Source: a virus. From it: 39,066 nucleotides of DNA. A program made the position numbers and the translations under genes. Shown here piece after piece: positions 1 to 6,918 of this stretch. Every line of letters starts with the position of its first letter. Within the stretch, counting starts at the first letter, position 1. A model generated the notes under the pieces. The model saw only the letters and a program-made list of their open reading frames with translations, searched no databases and was not told where the DNA came from. Where the stretch lies: positions 1-39,066 of the IMG/VR virus record IMGVR_UViG_3300022744_000014; one strand, given 5' to 3'.

Positions 1-127
1 GCACTCGTCATAAGTCATGGTGTGCGTGAGGTAGTCGCCGTCCACGGTCTTGATGGTGCAGTACACCCCGACAACCTCGCCTCGATCCTTGCCAAACGGG
101 TTGAAGACGTGCGTAGGCGGTTTGTCT
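1..127. repeat. Terminal direct repeat, copy A (identical to 38940..39066); end overlap of a circular or circularly permuted genome
   Basis: Direct letter-by-letter comparison: 1-127 equals 38940-39066. Confidence 0.95.
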
Positions 128-510
128 AGCCCGTTGAGGGTGAAGGTATCGGCCGCATGAACCAAAGCCGCCTGCGCCCATTTAACGCTTCCGGTGGCCT
201 GCGCCAAATCCATCAGCCCCATGTACGACACATCCAGGCAGATGCGCCCGTCACGCGGCACCAGATACGCTTGCTTCTTGGCAGGGTTCAGGCTCACGCC
301 GATAGCCCCGACGTTGATGATGGAGTCATACACCGACTGGCGGTTCTGCATTGCCACGCTCATGGTGTACTCGTTGCGCGACAGTTGCTGCATGGCAAAC
401 CCGGCCTCGCGCTCAAAGTTCAATGACTTGTCAGAAAGTACAGCGTCAAAGTTGCTGCGGGCCGCGTAAATGTCGTCGCTGATAACGGTCAATGCGTCTG
501 CGGTACTCAT
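1..510 (-). CDS. recT: RecT-family single-strand annealing protein, N-terminal part (gene continues at 39066..38463 through the end overlap)
   Basis: ATG at 510 overlaps the stop of the upstream ORF. Translation MSTADALTVISDDIYAARSNFDAVLSDKSLNFEREAGFAMQQLSRNEYTMSVAMQNRQSVYDSIINVGAIGVSLNPAKKQAYLVPRDGRICLDVSYMGLMDLA runs off the window start in frame with the ORF ending at 38463. Confidence 0.8.
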   Translation of the reverse strand, partial: MSTADALTVISDDIYAARSNFDAVLSDKSLNFEREAGFAMQQLSRNEYTMSVAMQNRQSVYDSIINVGAIGVSLNPAKKQAYLVPRDGRICLDVSYMGLMDLAQATGSVKWAQAALVHAADTFTLNGLDKPPTHVFNPFGKDRGEVVGVYCTIKTVDGDYLTHTMTYDEC

Positions 511-776
511 GCGTGCTCCTTGTCGTAGGTTTCGATAGTCTTGGCGAGCAGATCCATTTCATCCACCTTGTACTGGCGCATGATGGATTTGTCGCCGTGG
601 ATGCCACGCGGGCCGATATGGCACATCGGGCAAAGCGGGATAGTCAACCAATGGCTTGCGCGTTGGGCCATGCCCTGGCCTTCGCGTACGTGGTGCAACT
701 GGACGCCATAAGCACCACAGCAGCAGCAGGGAAGCTGCGCCAGTCGGTCCATGCGGCGGCGCTCGGCTTTGGTCAT
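507..776 (-). CDS. Ref-like (recombination enhancement) HNH-type nuclease, 89 aa
   Basis: ATG at 776. Cys/His pattern LPCCCCG...LHHVREGQGMAQRASHWLTIPLCPMCH...GIHG resembles short Ref-family nucleases; lies between ninB and recT. Confidence 0.55.
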   Translation of the reverse strand: MTKAERRRMDRLAQLPCCCCGAYGVQLHHVREGQGMAQRASHWLTIPLCPMCHIGPRGIHGDKSIMRQYKVDEMDLLAKTIETYDKEHA

Positions 777-1156
777 GCTGCCTCCAGATGCACGCCACGC
801 TCGGCGCAGAATGCATTGATTAGCTCCAGCAAGTCAGAAAACTCGCGCTTGCTCATCTTGCTGGTGGACAGGCCCAGCGCCACAAACCCGGTGCCCTCAA
901 GGTTTGGCACGACATCCATACGCTTCAGGCTTGCGGTAAAGATGTGTTTCCAGTCCTCGGCATCCAGCTTGCGCCCATGCCATACGACTTGCGCTGACAC
1001 TTCAGAGAGCATGGCCCAAAGCAGGGCGTTCTGCTCAAGGTTGCGCGTAGGCTCCGCCACCGTTACTGCAAACCCCACAGGCGCATCTGCCACTGCCTGC
1101 ATGGCCCTGCGCCGAGATGGGTGCGGCTCTGGCTGAAGGATGAATTGCTGTTTCAT
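773..1156 (-). CDS. ninB: NinB/Orf-family recombination protein, 127 aa
   Basis: Start MKQQFILQ at ATG 1156. EQNALLWAMLSEVSAQVVWHGRKLDAEDWKHIFTASLKRMDVVPNLEGTGFVALGLSTSKMSKREFSDLLELINAF aligns closely by eye with lambda NinB (DQNRKLWACLGDVSRQVEWHGRWLDAESWKCVFTAALKQQDVVPNLAGNGFVVIGQSTSRM). Confidence 0.85.
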   Translation of the reverse strand: MKQQFILQPEPHPSRRRAMQAVADAPVGFAVTVAEPTRNLEQNALLWAMLSEVSAQVVWHGRKLDAEDWKHIFTASLKRMDVVPNLEGTGFVALGLSTSKMSKREFSDLLELINAFCAERGVHLEAA

Positions 1157-1479
1157 TCCCGCGCCTCCCAATAGTCGGCATAACGCGCATCCTTGCGGAG
1201 CATGTCCCAATAGTCATGCTCTTGGGCGGCGCGTTCGTCGTCCTCGGCAATGGCAATCTCGTCGGCCAAAGACTCAATCTGCGCCTCGGTCAAATCGTCG
1301 GTGATGGTGCAGCCGCCATACGTCACGGCAATCACTTCAACCCATGCCGGCTCTTCTGGAAAGCACTTTTCCGGTGGCCCGTAAGTGCGGCCAGGATACC
1401 CCTTGTGCGCGTCGTATTCCACGATGACTTCAGCCTCGCCGCCGCGCAGTTCGATGGTGGTTTGGTATTTCTGGCTCAT
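1153..1479 (-). CDS. Hypothetical acidic protein, 108 aa
   Basis: ATG 1479 overlaps the upstream stop (ATGA). This is the in-operon part of the longer track ORF 1153..2016, whose upstream portion overlaps better ORFs. Confidence 0.55.
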   Translation of the reverse strand: MSQKYQTTIELRGGEAEVIVEYDAHKGYPGRTYGPPEKCFPEEPAWVEVIAVTYGGCTITDDLTEAQIESLADEIAIAEDDERAAQEHDYWDMLRKDARYADYWEARE

Positions 1480-1667
1480 GGCTTGCCAATCACAACAACA
1501 AACACAGCGAAGATTGCGACGATGACGAGGACAGCCATGCCGTATCTCCCCCATGCGTCTTGCCGGTCGGCGATCTGGTGAACTGCGGACGCATAGCGCA
1601 CGTTGTCGCGGCTCTCGCGCTGTGACAGCAGGTAATCGAAGGGACGGTCGGTGAAGGTGGGTTTCAT
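1476..1667 (-). CDS. Small membrane protein, 63 aa, C-terminal TM helix
   Basis: ATG 1667 (MKPTFTDRP) overlaps the upstream stop; C-terminal hydrophobic stretch YGMAVLVIVAIFAVFVVVIG. Confidence 0.5.
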   Translation of the reverse strand: MKPTFTDRPFDYLLSQRESRDNVRYASAVHQIADRQDAWGRYGMAVLVIVAIFAVFVVVIGKP

Positions 1668-2068
1668 TTGCTGCGCTCCTGCAACCAGTCGTAGAGTTCG
1701 TCCGCATCTGCAAACACGCGATAGGCTTCGTCTTTGGTAGCCATGCGCGTGTACTCCCAATCGTGCAAATGGTTGTAATCACAACCGACCTTGACGGATG
1801 TAACCACGCCTTCGTACATGGGATATTCCAACAGCGAAGGCCCGCCGTGAAAGGGCATGCAACTTGAGGCGTCTTGGTACATCTGCGGCCCGTCAAAGTT
1901 CGCAAAATGCGGATGCTTGGGGTAGATGTAGGCATAGACGCACCAGCGGTGCCCGAGGTCGCTGTCATAGCCGCAACCCTCATCCACTGCCACGCTGTGC
2001 CGGGTAACGCTGACAAGGAAATCCTTGCCCGAGCGTTTCCACTCGTCTTTGTGCTTCCATTCGCTCAC
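1664..2068 (-). CDS. Hypothetical protein, 134 aa
   Basis: GTG start at 2068 with GTGA overlap on the upstream stop and a G-rich SD upstream; no recognised motif. Confidence 0.55.
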   Translation of the reverse strand: MSEWKHKDEWKRSGKDFLVSVTRHSVAVDEGCGYDSDLGHRWCVYAYIYPKHPHFANFDGPQMYQDASSCMPFHGGPSLLEYPMYEGVVTSVKVGCDYNHLHDWEYTRMATKDEAYRVFADADELYDWLQERSK

Positions 2069-2235
2069 GACAACCCCCTAACGCGGCGCGTGCGCTGCTC
2101 CTGCACATCAAGCTCGCCCCGGATGCTGTCCAGGCGGGCGTCGTCGTCACCGTAGTCGCGGGAGAATGCGCAGAACTTGGCGACTATCCAGCACAGGGCA
2201 ATCCATGCTGTCAGCCAAAAGAGAAAAGTAAACAT
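2065..2235 (-). CDS. Small membrane protein, 56 aa
   Basis: ATG 2235 is preceded by AAGGAG with 7-nt spacing; N-terminal TM MFTFLFWLTAWIALCWIVAKFCAF. Confidence 0.55.
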   Translation of the reverse strand: MFTFLFWLTAWIALCWIVAKFCAFSRDYGDDDARLDSIRGELDVQEQRTRRVRGLS

Positions 2236-3023
2236 CAAACATTCTCCTTTGGAGTCCACAGCACGGCATGTGCCTCAATCATGAGCATCGCCATTTCGTA
2301 CTCTTTGGCGTGGTCGCTGTCTTCGTGGGTTTTTGCAACGGCAGCGCGGAATGCGTCCAGCGTGTCAAAAAAGCACCCCGCGCGGATCATCACGCCCTTG
2401 TCGGTGATGGAGGCTTGCAGATAGTCAGAACGGGAGCCGATGGGGCCGATGGTGAAAAACGGGCGAGTGCCTACGAGTTTTTTCCCGCCCAGGTCCGCGC
2501 CGCCCAGGTTCGCGCCGACCAGGTCCGCGCCGCCCAGGTCCGCGCCGACCAGGTACGCGCCGCCCAGGTCCGCGCCGCCCAGGTTCGCGCCGCCCAGGTC
2601 CGCGCCGCCCAGGTACGCGCCGCGCAGGTCCGCGCCGCGCAGGTCCGCGCCGCGCAGGTCCGCGCCGCCCAGGTTCGCGCCGCCCAGGTCCGCGCCGACC
2701 AGGTACGCGCCGCGCAGGTCCGCGCCGCGCAGGTCCGCGCCGACCAGGTACGCGCCGCCCAGGTCCGCGCCGACCAGGTCCGCGCCGACCAGGTTCGCGC
2801 CGCCCAGGTACGCGCCGACCAGGTACGCGCCGCCCAGGTCCGCGCCGACCAGGTCCGCGCCGCGCAGGTCCGCGCCGACCAGGTACGCGCCGCCCAGGTT
2901 CGCGCCGCCCAGGTTCGCTTTGGCAAACGTCGCCTTCTCCAGCGTCTGGCGCATCGTCATTCCGGCATCGCCCTCAAAAAGGACTGCGCCGGTATAGCGG
3001 TGTTTGATGATGATTTTTTCCAT
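2235..3023 (-). CDS. Pentapeptide-repeat protein, 262 aa: about 29 tandem A[D/N/Y]L[G/V/R]G units plus an 85-aa C-terminal domain
   Basis: ATG 3023 with AGGAGC SD. Translation ANLGGANLGGAYLVGADLRGADLVGADLGG... matches the pentapeptide-repeat consensus A(D/N)LXX. Confidence 0.9.
   Translation of the reverse strand: MEKIIIKHRYTGAVLFEGDAGMTMRQTLEKATFAKANLGGANLGGAYLVGADLRGADLVGADLGGAYLVGAYLGGANLVGADLVGADLGGAYLVGADLRGADLRGAYLVGADLGGANLGGADLRGADLRGADLRGAYLGGADLGGANLGGADLGGAYLVGADLGGADLVGANLGGADLGGKKLVGTRPFFTIGPIGSRSDYLQASITDKGVMIRAGCFFDTLDAFRAAVAKTHEDSDHAKEYEMAMLMIEAHAVLWTPKENV
2490..2918 (-). repeat. Tandem 15-bp repeat array: 28 full units plus a partial one, coding for the pentapeptide repeats
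   Basis: Plus-strand unit is caggt[c/t/a]cgcgccg[cc/ac/cg]. Only 3 of the 15 positions vary across all units. Confidence 0.95.
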
Positions 3024-3032
3024 GGTCTGCTC

Positions 3033-3251
3033 CTAAACAGCGGCGGCAAGAAACTCGGGCACCGATTCCGGCTCGGTGACGGACACGACAACCGGAGGCA
3101 GGCGGTTGAGTGCGTAGCGCATTTCCGTCCGTGCGTACATCACGGTTTTGTAGGCATCGTGGTTGGCGGTTTGCTTGCCAAACAGTTCTTGCTCGGCAAC
3201 AAGCAGAGCCGCATAAACCTCATGCAGCAGCTTGGCGTTGATGGTGCTCAT
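3033..3251 (-). CDS. Hypothetical protein, 72 aa
   Basis: ATG 3251 overlaps the upstream stop; part of the same-strand early gene string. Confidence 0.5.
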   Translation of the reverse strand: MSTINAKLLHEVYAALLVAEQELFGKQTANHDAYKTVMYARTEMRYALNRLPPVVVSVTEPESVPEFLAAAV

Positions 3252-3475
3252 ACAGACTCCACTTCCGGCAAATTGGCTTCGTAGTTCAGCGTGTCCACTA
3301 CGTCAGCAGACAGCGCTTTGATGATGTCCACGCCCTGATAGCGCACAGCGATAACGTCCTCAATCGCTTCCTCGTATTCCCGATCCATCGCGCTGTCATA
3401 GCGCTCGATGTAGCCGGTTTCTGTTTCGACTTCGACTACGGCAGCGCCGTCGCCGATGGTGGTTAGGAATTTCAT
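3248..3475 (-). CDS. Hypothetical acidic protein, 75 aa
   Basis: ATG 3475 (MKFLTTIGDG) preceded by AAGGAGC; the longer track ORF start is upstream of the SD. Confidence 0.55.
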   Translation of the reverse strand: MKFLTTIGDGAAVVEVETETGYIERYDSAMDREYEEAIEDVIAVRYQGVDIIKALSADVVDTLNYEANLPEVESV

Positions 3476-3485
3476 GGATTGCTCC

Positions 3486-3749
3486 TTATGCGGAGAGGGT
3501 GGCGCGGCGGCGGGCGTGAGCCATGTCGGCCCAATATTCGGCGGCTTCGCGGTAGTCGGGCGTTGCGTCGCGGCGCTCGGGCGCTTCGACGTACACGGTA
3601 AACAGGTTGAAAGTGATGCTGTCGCGGCACTGGTCAACGACGGTTAGATCGTTGGTGGCAATGAATGCGTCTTTGTGCGCGGCAGTCTGGTAGTCACGCA
3701 GTTGCTTGCCGTCGCAGACGATGCGGTAGGTGGGTTGCGGGTTGCTCAT
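3486..3749 (-). CDS. Hypothetical protein, 87 aa; first gene of the leftward unit
   Basis: ATG 3749 (MSNPQPTYRIV) with AGGAGC SD at 3755-3760; downstream of the leftward promoter. Confidence 0.55.
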   Translation of the reverse strand: MSNPQPTYRIVCDGKQLRDYQTAAHKDAFIATNDLTVVDQCRDSITFNLFTVYVEAPERRDATPDYREAAEYWADMAHARRRATLSA

Positions 3750-3783
3750 GTCGTTGCTCCTGTGTTTGTTGCTGATGGGATGA

Positions 3784-3812
3784 ATTATGTTCCCTATTCC
3801 GAACCACGTCAA
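3784..3812 (-). promoter_or_regulatory. Leftward early promoter candidate: TTGACG, 17-nt spacer, CATAAT
   Basis: Read on the minus strand: -35 at 3812..3807 and -10 at 3789..3784, about 35 nt upstream of the first leftward ATG. Confidence 0.5.
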
Positions 3813-3849
3813 AAACTAATTTGCAATAGTTGACCAAGTGCGAGGGCTA

Positions 3850-3878
3850 TTGACTAGTACGGACGCACGGACTAACAT
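3850..3878 (+). promoter_or_regulatory. Rightward early promoter candidate: TTGACT, 17-nt spacer, TAACAT
   Basis: -35 at 3850..3855 and -10 at 3873..3878; the -10 ends 7 nt before ATG 3886. Confidence 0.45.
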
Positions 3879-3885
3879 CGGAGCC

Positions 3886-4083
3886 ATGAACATCCAAGAC
3901 CATCTGCGCGACTTGCACCGCGCCTACACCCTTCAGCAGATAGCCGACCTGTGCGGCTTCAGCAGCAAGGGACATGTGCATGACGTACTCACGGGCCGGC
4001 AAAAGACCGTGACGTTTTTCCTCGGCATGCGAATCATGGAAGCCCGCAAAAGGCTCATGCGCAAAGAAAGGCGGTCCGCATGA
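3886..4083 (+). CDS. Cro-like small HTH DNA-binding protein, 65 aa
   Basis: ATG 3886; HTH-like segment YTLQQIADLCGFSSKGHVHDVLTGRQ; first gene of the rightward unit. Confidence 0.55.
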   Translation: MNIQDHLRDLHRAYTLQQIADLCGFSSKGHVHDVLTGRQKTVTFFLGMRIMEARKRLMRKERRSA

Positions 4084-4322
4084 TAGACGCCTTTGCAGAC
4101 ATAGAGGCACGCATTGACGCTGCCGACAAGCGATACGGGCCATTTGCCAGCGCGCACGAAGGTTTGGGCGTGGCGCTGGAGGAATGGCAGGAGCTGATCG
4201 AGGCAGTGCGCTCCAACAGCATCATTGACGTGCAATCGGAATGCCTGGACCTGGCCGCAGTGTGCATCCGGCTTGCGATGTGCTTGGGCGAACCGCAAAC
4301 CGCACTTAGGAGCGTGAAGTGA
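4080..4322 (+). CDS. MazG-like all-alpha NTP pyrophosphohydrolase family protein, 80 aa
   Basis: ATGA overlap with the upstream gene. EEWQE ... ECLD spacing fits the EExxE...ExxD metal-binding motif of the MazG superfamily. Confidence 0.4.
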   Translation: MIDAFADIEARIDAADKRYGPFASAHEGLGVALEEWQELIEAVRSNSIIDVQSECLDLAAVCIRLAMCLGEPQTALRSVK

Positions 4323-6523
4323 ACTACGATGATTTTGTGAAAAGCAAGCGCCGCTTCGAGGTTGCTACCGGCCACAAACCCGCAGAGCTAAACGAGCATC
4401 TGTTTGATTTCCAGCACGCAATTGTGTCGTGGGCTGTCCGACGTGGCCGCGCCGCAATCTTTGCCGATACCGGCCTGGGCAAGACGCTGATGCAGTTGGC
4501 ATGGGCTCAGGAAGTGGCGCGGCACACGGGCGGCATGGTGCTTGTGCTTGCGCCCCTGGCAGTGTCCGAGCAGACCATCGAGCAGGGCGCATTGTTCGGC
4601 ATCGATGTGCGCCGCGTACCGCATGGCGAAGCACCTGCAGGGCCTGGCGTATGGATCACAAATTACGAGCGCATGGATGCGATTGATTTTGGCGAATTGC
4701 ATGGGATCGTGCTGGATGAGTCATCCATTTTGAAGGCGCATGACGGCAAGACGCGCGGGCGCATCATCTCCCAATCGCAGAGCGTGCCGTACCGGCTTTC
4801 GTGCACTGCTACGCCATCGCCTAACGACTTTGAGGAGCTTGGCAACCAATGCGAGTTTCTCGGGGTGATGACGCGCACAGAGATGCTGGCGACTTACTTT
4901 GTCAACGACACTGGAGACACCGGGACATGGCGTCTTAAGGGATGGGGCGCATCCAAGTTTTGGGAGTGGATGGGGACATGGGCAGTCGTTCTGCGCAGCC
5001 CTGCGGATATTGGTTTTGATGGTTCGCGCTACGACTTGCCGCCGCTTGTCTATCATGAGCATGTGGTGGAAACCGAGTCTCTTGGAGATGATTTGTTTTC
5101 CCGGCCAGCACAGACCATGCTGGAGCGCAGGAAGGCCCAACGGGACAGCATCGAAAGCCGATGCAAGGCCCTGGCCGACATTGTGAACGCGGAGCCTAAC
5201 GAGCCGTGGCTGATCTGGTGCCACCTGAACGACGAAGCGCAGATGCTGGCCGAGATGATTGGCGGTGCCGTGAATGTGCAGGGTTCAGATTCCGCCGAAA
5301 GCAAGAGTAAAAACCTGCTTGGTTTTGCGCATGGAGATTTGCGAGTACTGGTCAGCAAGCCCAAACTCGCAGGCTACGGGATGAATTGGCAGCACTGCGC
5401 CCGCATGGCGTTTGTCGGTCTGGATGACAGCTTCGAGAAGTTTTATCAAGCTGTGCGTCGGTGCTATCGCTTCGGCCAAAAGCGCGAGGTGCAAGTGCAT
5501 ATCTTCACGGCTGAGAACGAGGGGCAGATCATTACCAACATCCGGCGCAAGGAAGTGCAGCACCACGAGATGAGCATCCAGATGATTGAACACATGAAGG
5601 ACATTATGAACAAGGAACTTGCAGGTCAAGAGAACATTGTGGACGAGTACCGCGAAGATGTTTTTAGGTCAGAGAACTTTACCGTTCACCTTGGGGACTG
5701 CGTGAAGATGGCCCGCAAGCTGCCCGACAACAGCATTGATTACTCGGTGTTCAGCCCGCCGTTTGCCGACCTGTTTGTTTATTCCAATTCCGATCACGAC
5801 ATGGGTAACTGTAAGGATGATGCGGAGTTTGTTGCGCAGTTGCGGTTTCTGATTGCAGAACTGTTTCGCACGATCAAGCCGGGGCGCAATGTGTCATTCC
5901 ATTGCATGAACCTGCCGACAACCAAGATGCGGCAGGGATTCATCGGCCTGCGTGACTTTCGTGGGGATCTGATCCGAGCGTTTCAGGATGCCGGGTTTAT
6001 CTACCACTCTGAAGTTGCCATTTGGAAGGACCCGGTAGTGGCGATGCAACGCACCAAGGCACTCGGATTGCTTCACAAGACGATCCGCGAGAACGCAACC
6101 ATGTCAAGGATGGGCCTTCCTGATTACGTGGTGACCATGCGAAAGCCTGGGGATTGTGAAGTCAGGGTGACGCATGGCGATGACCTGCCGGTGATGATGT
6201 GGCAGAAGTTTGCAAGCCCCATCTGGAGCGACATTAACCAAGGGCGCACATTGAACAAACTTCCTGCCCGAGACGACAATGACGAAAAACACATGTGCCC
6301 GCTGCAGCTGGATGTGATCGAGCGGTGCATTCATCTTTGGACTAACAAGGGCGACTTGATCTTTTCTCCGTTTACCGGCATTGGCTCGGAGGGATATTGC
6401 GCCGTCAGGATGGGGCGTAGGTTTATCGGTGCCGAGTTGAAGCCCCAGTATTGGGAGCTTGCGTGTCAGAACATTGCTGATGCCGAGCATGAGCAGCATG
6501 GCCTTTTTGCGGAGGCAGCATGA
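4319..6523 (+). CDS. Fusion protein, 734 aa: N-terminal SNF2/DEAD-type helicase plus C-terminal beta-class N6A/N4C DNA methyltransferase
   Basis: GTG start with GTGA overlap. Helicase motifs ADTGLGKT (I), VLDESSILK (II), SCTATPSPND (III), QAVRRCYRFGQKREV (VI). Methyltransferase motif IV DYSVFSPPFADLF precedes motif I FSPFTGIGSEGYCAV. Confidence 0.85.
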   Translation: MNYDDFVKSKRRFEVATGHKPAELNEHLFDFQHAIVSWAVRRGRAAIFADTGLGKTLMQLAWAQEVARHTGGMVLVLAPLAVSEQTIEQGALFGIDVRRVPHGEAPAGPGVWITNYERMDAIDFGELHGIVLDESSILKAHDGKTRGRIISQSQSVPYRLSCTATPSPNDFEELGNQCEFLGVMTRTEMLATYFVNDTGDTGTWRLKGWGASKFWEWMGTWAVVLRSPADIGFDGSRYDLPPLVYHEHVVETESLGDDLFSRPAQTMLERRKAQRDSIESRCKALADIVNAEPNEPWLIWCHLNDEAQMLAEMIGGAVNVQGSDSAESKSKNLLGFAHGDLRVLVSKPKLAGYGMNWQHCARMAFVGLDDSFEKFYQAVRRCYRFGQKREVQVHIFTAENEGQIITNIRRKEVQHHEMSIQMIEHMKDIMNKELAGQENIVDEYREDVFRSENFTVHLGDCVKMARKLPDNSIDYSVFSPPFADLFVYSNSDHDMGNCKDDAEFVAQLRFLIAELFRTIKPGRNVSFHCMNLPTTKMRQGFIGLRDFRGDLIRAFQDAGFIYHSEVAIWKDPVVAMQRTKALGLLHKTIRENATMSRMGLPDYVVTMRKPGDCEVRVTHGDDLPVMMWQKFASPIWSDINQGRTLNKLPARDDNDEKHMCPLQLDVIERCIHLWTNKGDLIFSPFTGIGSEGYCAVRMGRRFIGAELKPQYWELACQNIADAEHEQHGLFAEAA

Positions 6524-6897
6524 GCGGCCCCAGACCCAAAAACGGACGCAAAGCCGGGAGTGTGATGCGAGCTACCTGCAAGAAATGCGGGGCGGTTGAG
6601 TGCAGCCACTACGGCGGGCGCTACTACCTTTGCGCCGATTGCTTGGCCACTCGTTTGTCAGAGATACGCCGACTGGCGGGCGAGGGATTGAACCAGACGC
6701 AGATCGGACAGCGGATTGGCATCAGTCAGGGTGCTACGCAGGTCTGGATGGCCCGCTACAACATCAAGACGGCGGGCATGGAGAAGCCCAAAGCAAAGAC
6801 CCAGCGGGTACGGGCGCCTGATCCATTTCGCGTCCCCGTTCAGCCGACAGAGTTTGCGCTGAAGGCGGTTAGCATTTTCAACCTGGGATCTGCATGA
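6520..6897 (+). CDS. Zinc-ribbon plus HTH DNA-binding protein, 125 aa
   Basis: ATGA overlap. CKKCG...CADC zinc ribbon followed by GEGLNQTQIGQRIGISQGATQVWMARYNI (HTH). Confidence 0.55.
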   Translation: MSGPRPKNGRKAGSVMRATCKKCGAVECSHYGGRYYLCADCLATRLSEIRRLAGEGLNQTQIGQRIGISQGATQVWMARYNIKTAGMEKPKAKTQRVRAPDPFRVPVQPTEFALKAVSIFNLGSA

Positions 6898-6918
6898 GCC
6901 CGTTTACCTCTAATAGGC

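Noticed and set aside
492-1136. 214-aa plus-strand ORF at the window start (and 157..426, 194..469)
   Set aside because: They are antisense to NinB, the Ref-like protein and RecT, which are recognisable by sequence.
1153-2016. Single 287-aa minus-strand ORF from the track
   Set aside because: Its upstream two-thirds overlap the better-supported ORFs 1476..1667 and 1664..2068 in other frames. Only the last 108 codons (from ATG 1479, ATGA-coupled) are retained.
2490-2918. The tandem 15-bp repeats as a CRISPR-like array
   Set aside because: The units are contiguous with no spacers and are far shorter than CRISPR repeats. They lie wholly inside a coding frame, and no cas genes are present.
2268-3284. 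Three additional long ORFs across the pentapeptide array (2268..3284 +, 2440..2997 +, 2471..2926 -) with QVRAA, SAPPR and ARTW repeats
   Set aside because: They are by-products of a 15-bp (3 x 5 codon) repeat that stays open in every frame. Only the minus-strand frame 2235..3023 has an SD, an ATG, non-repeat flanking domains and a known repeat consensus.
3838-3885. Longer N-terminal extensions given by the track (GTG 3838 for the HTH protein, TTG 7043 for DUF1376, 34032 for the spanin, TTG 35914 for the 285-aa protein, and others)
   Set aside because: These extensions use rare start codons, run through promoter or upstream coding sequence, and lack an SD. Internal ATG/GTG starts with an SD or stop-start coupling fit better.
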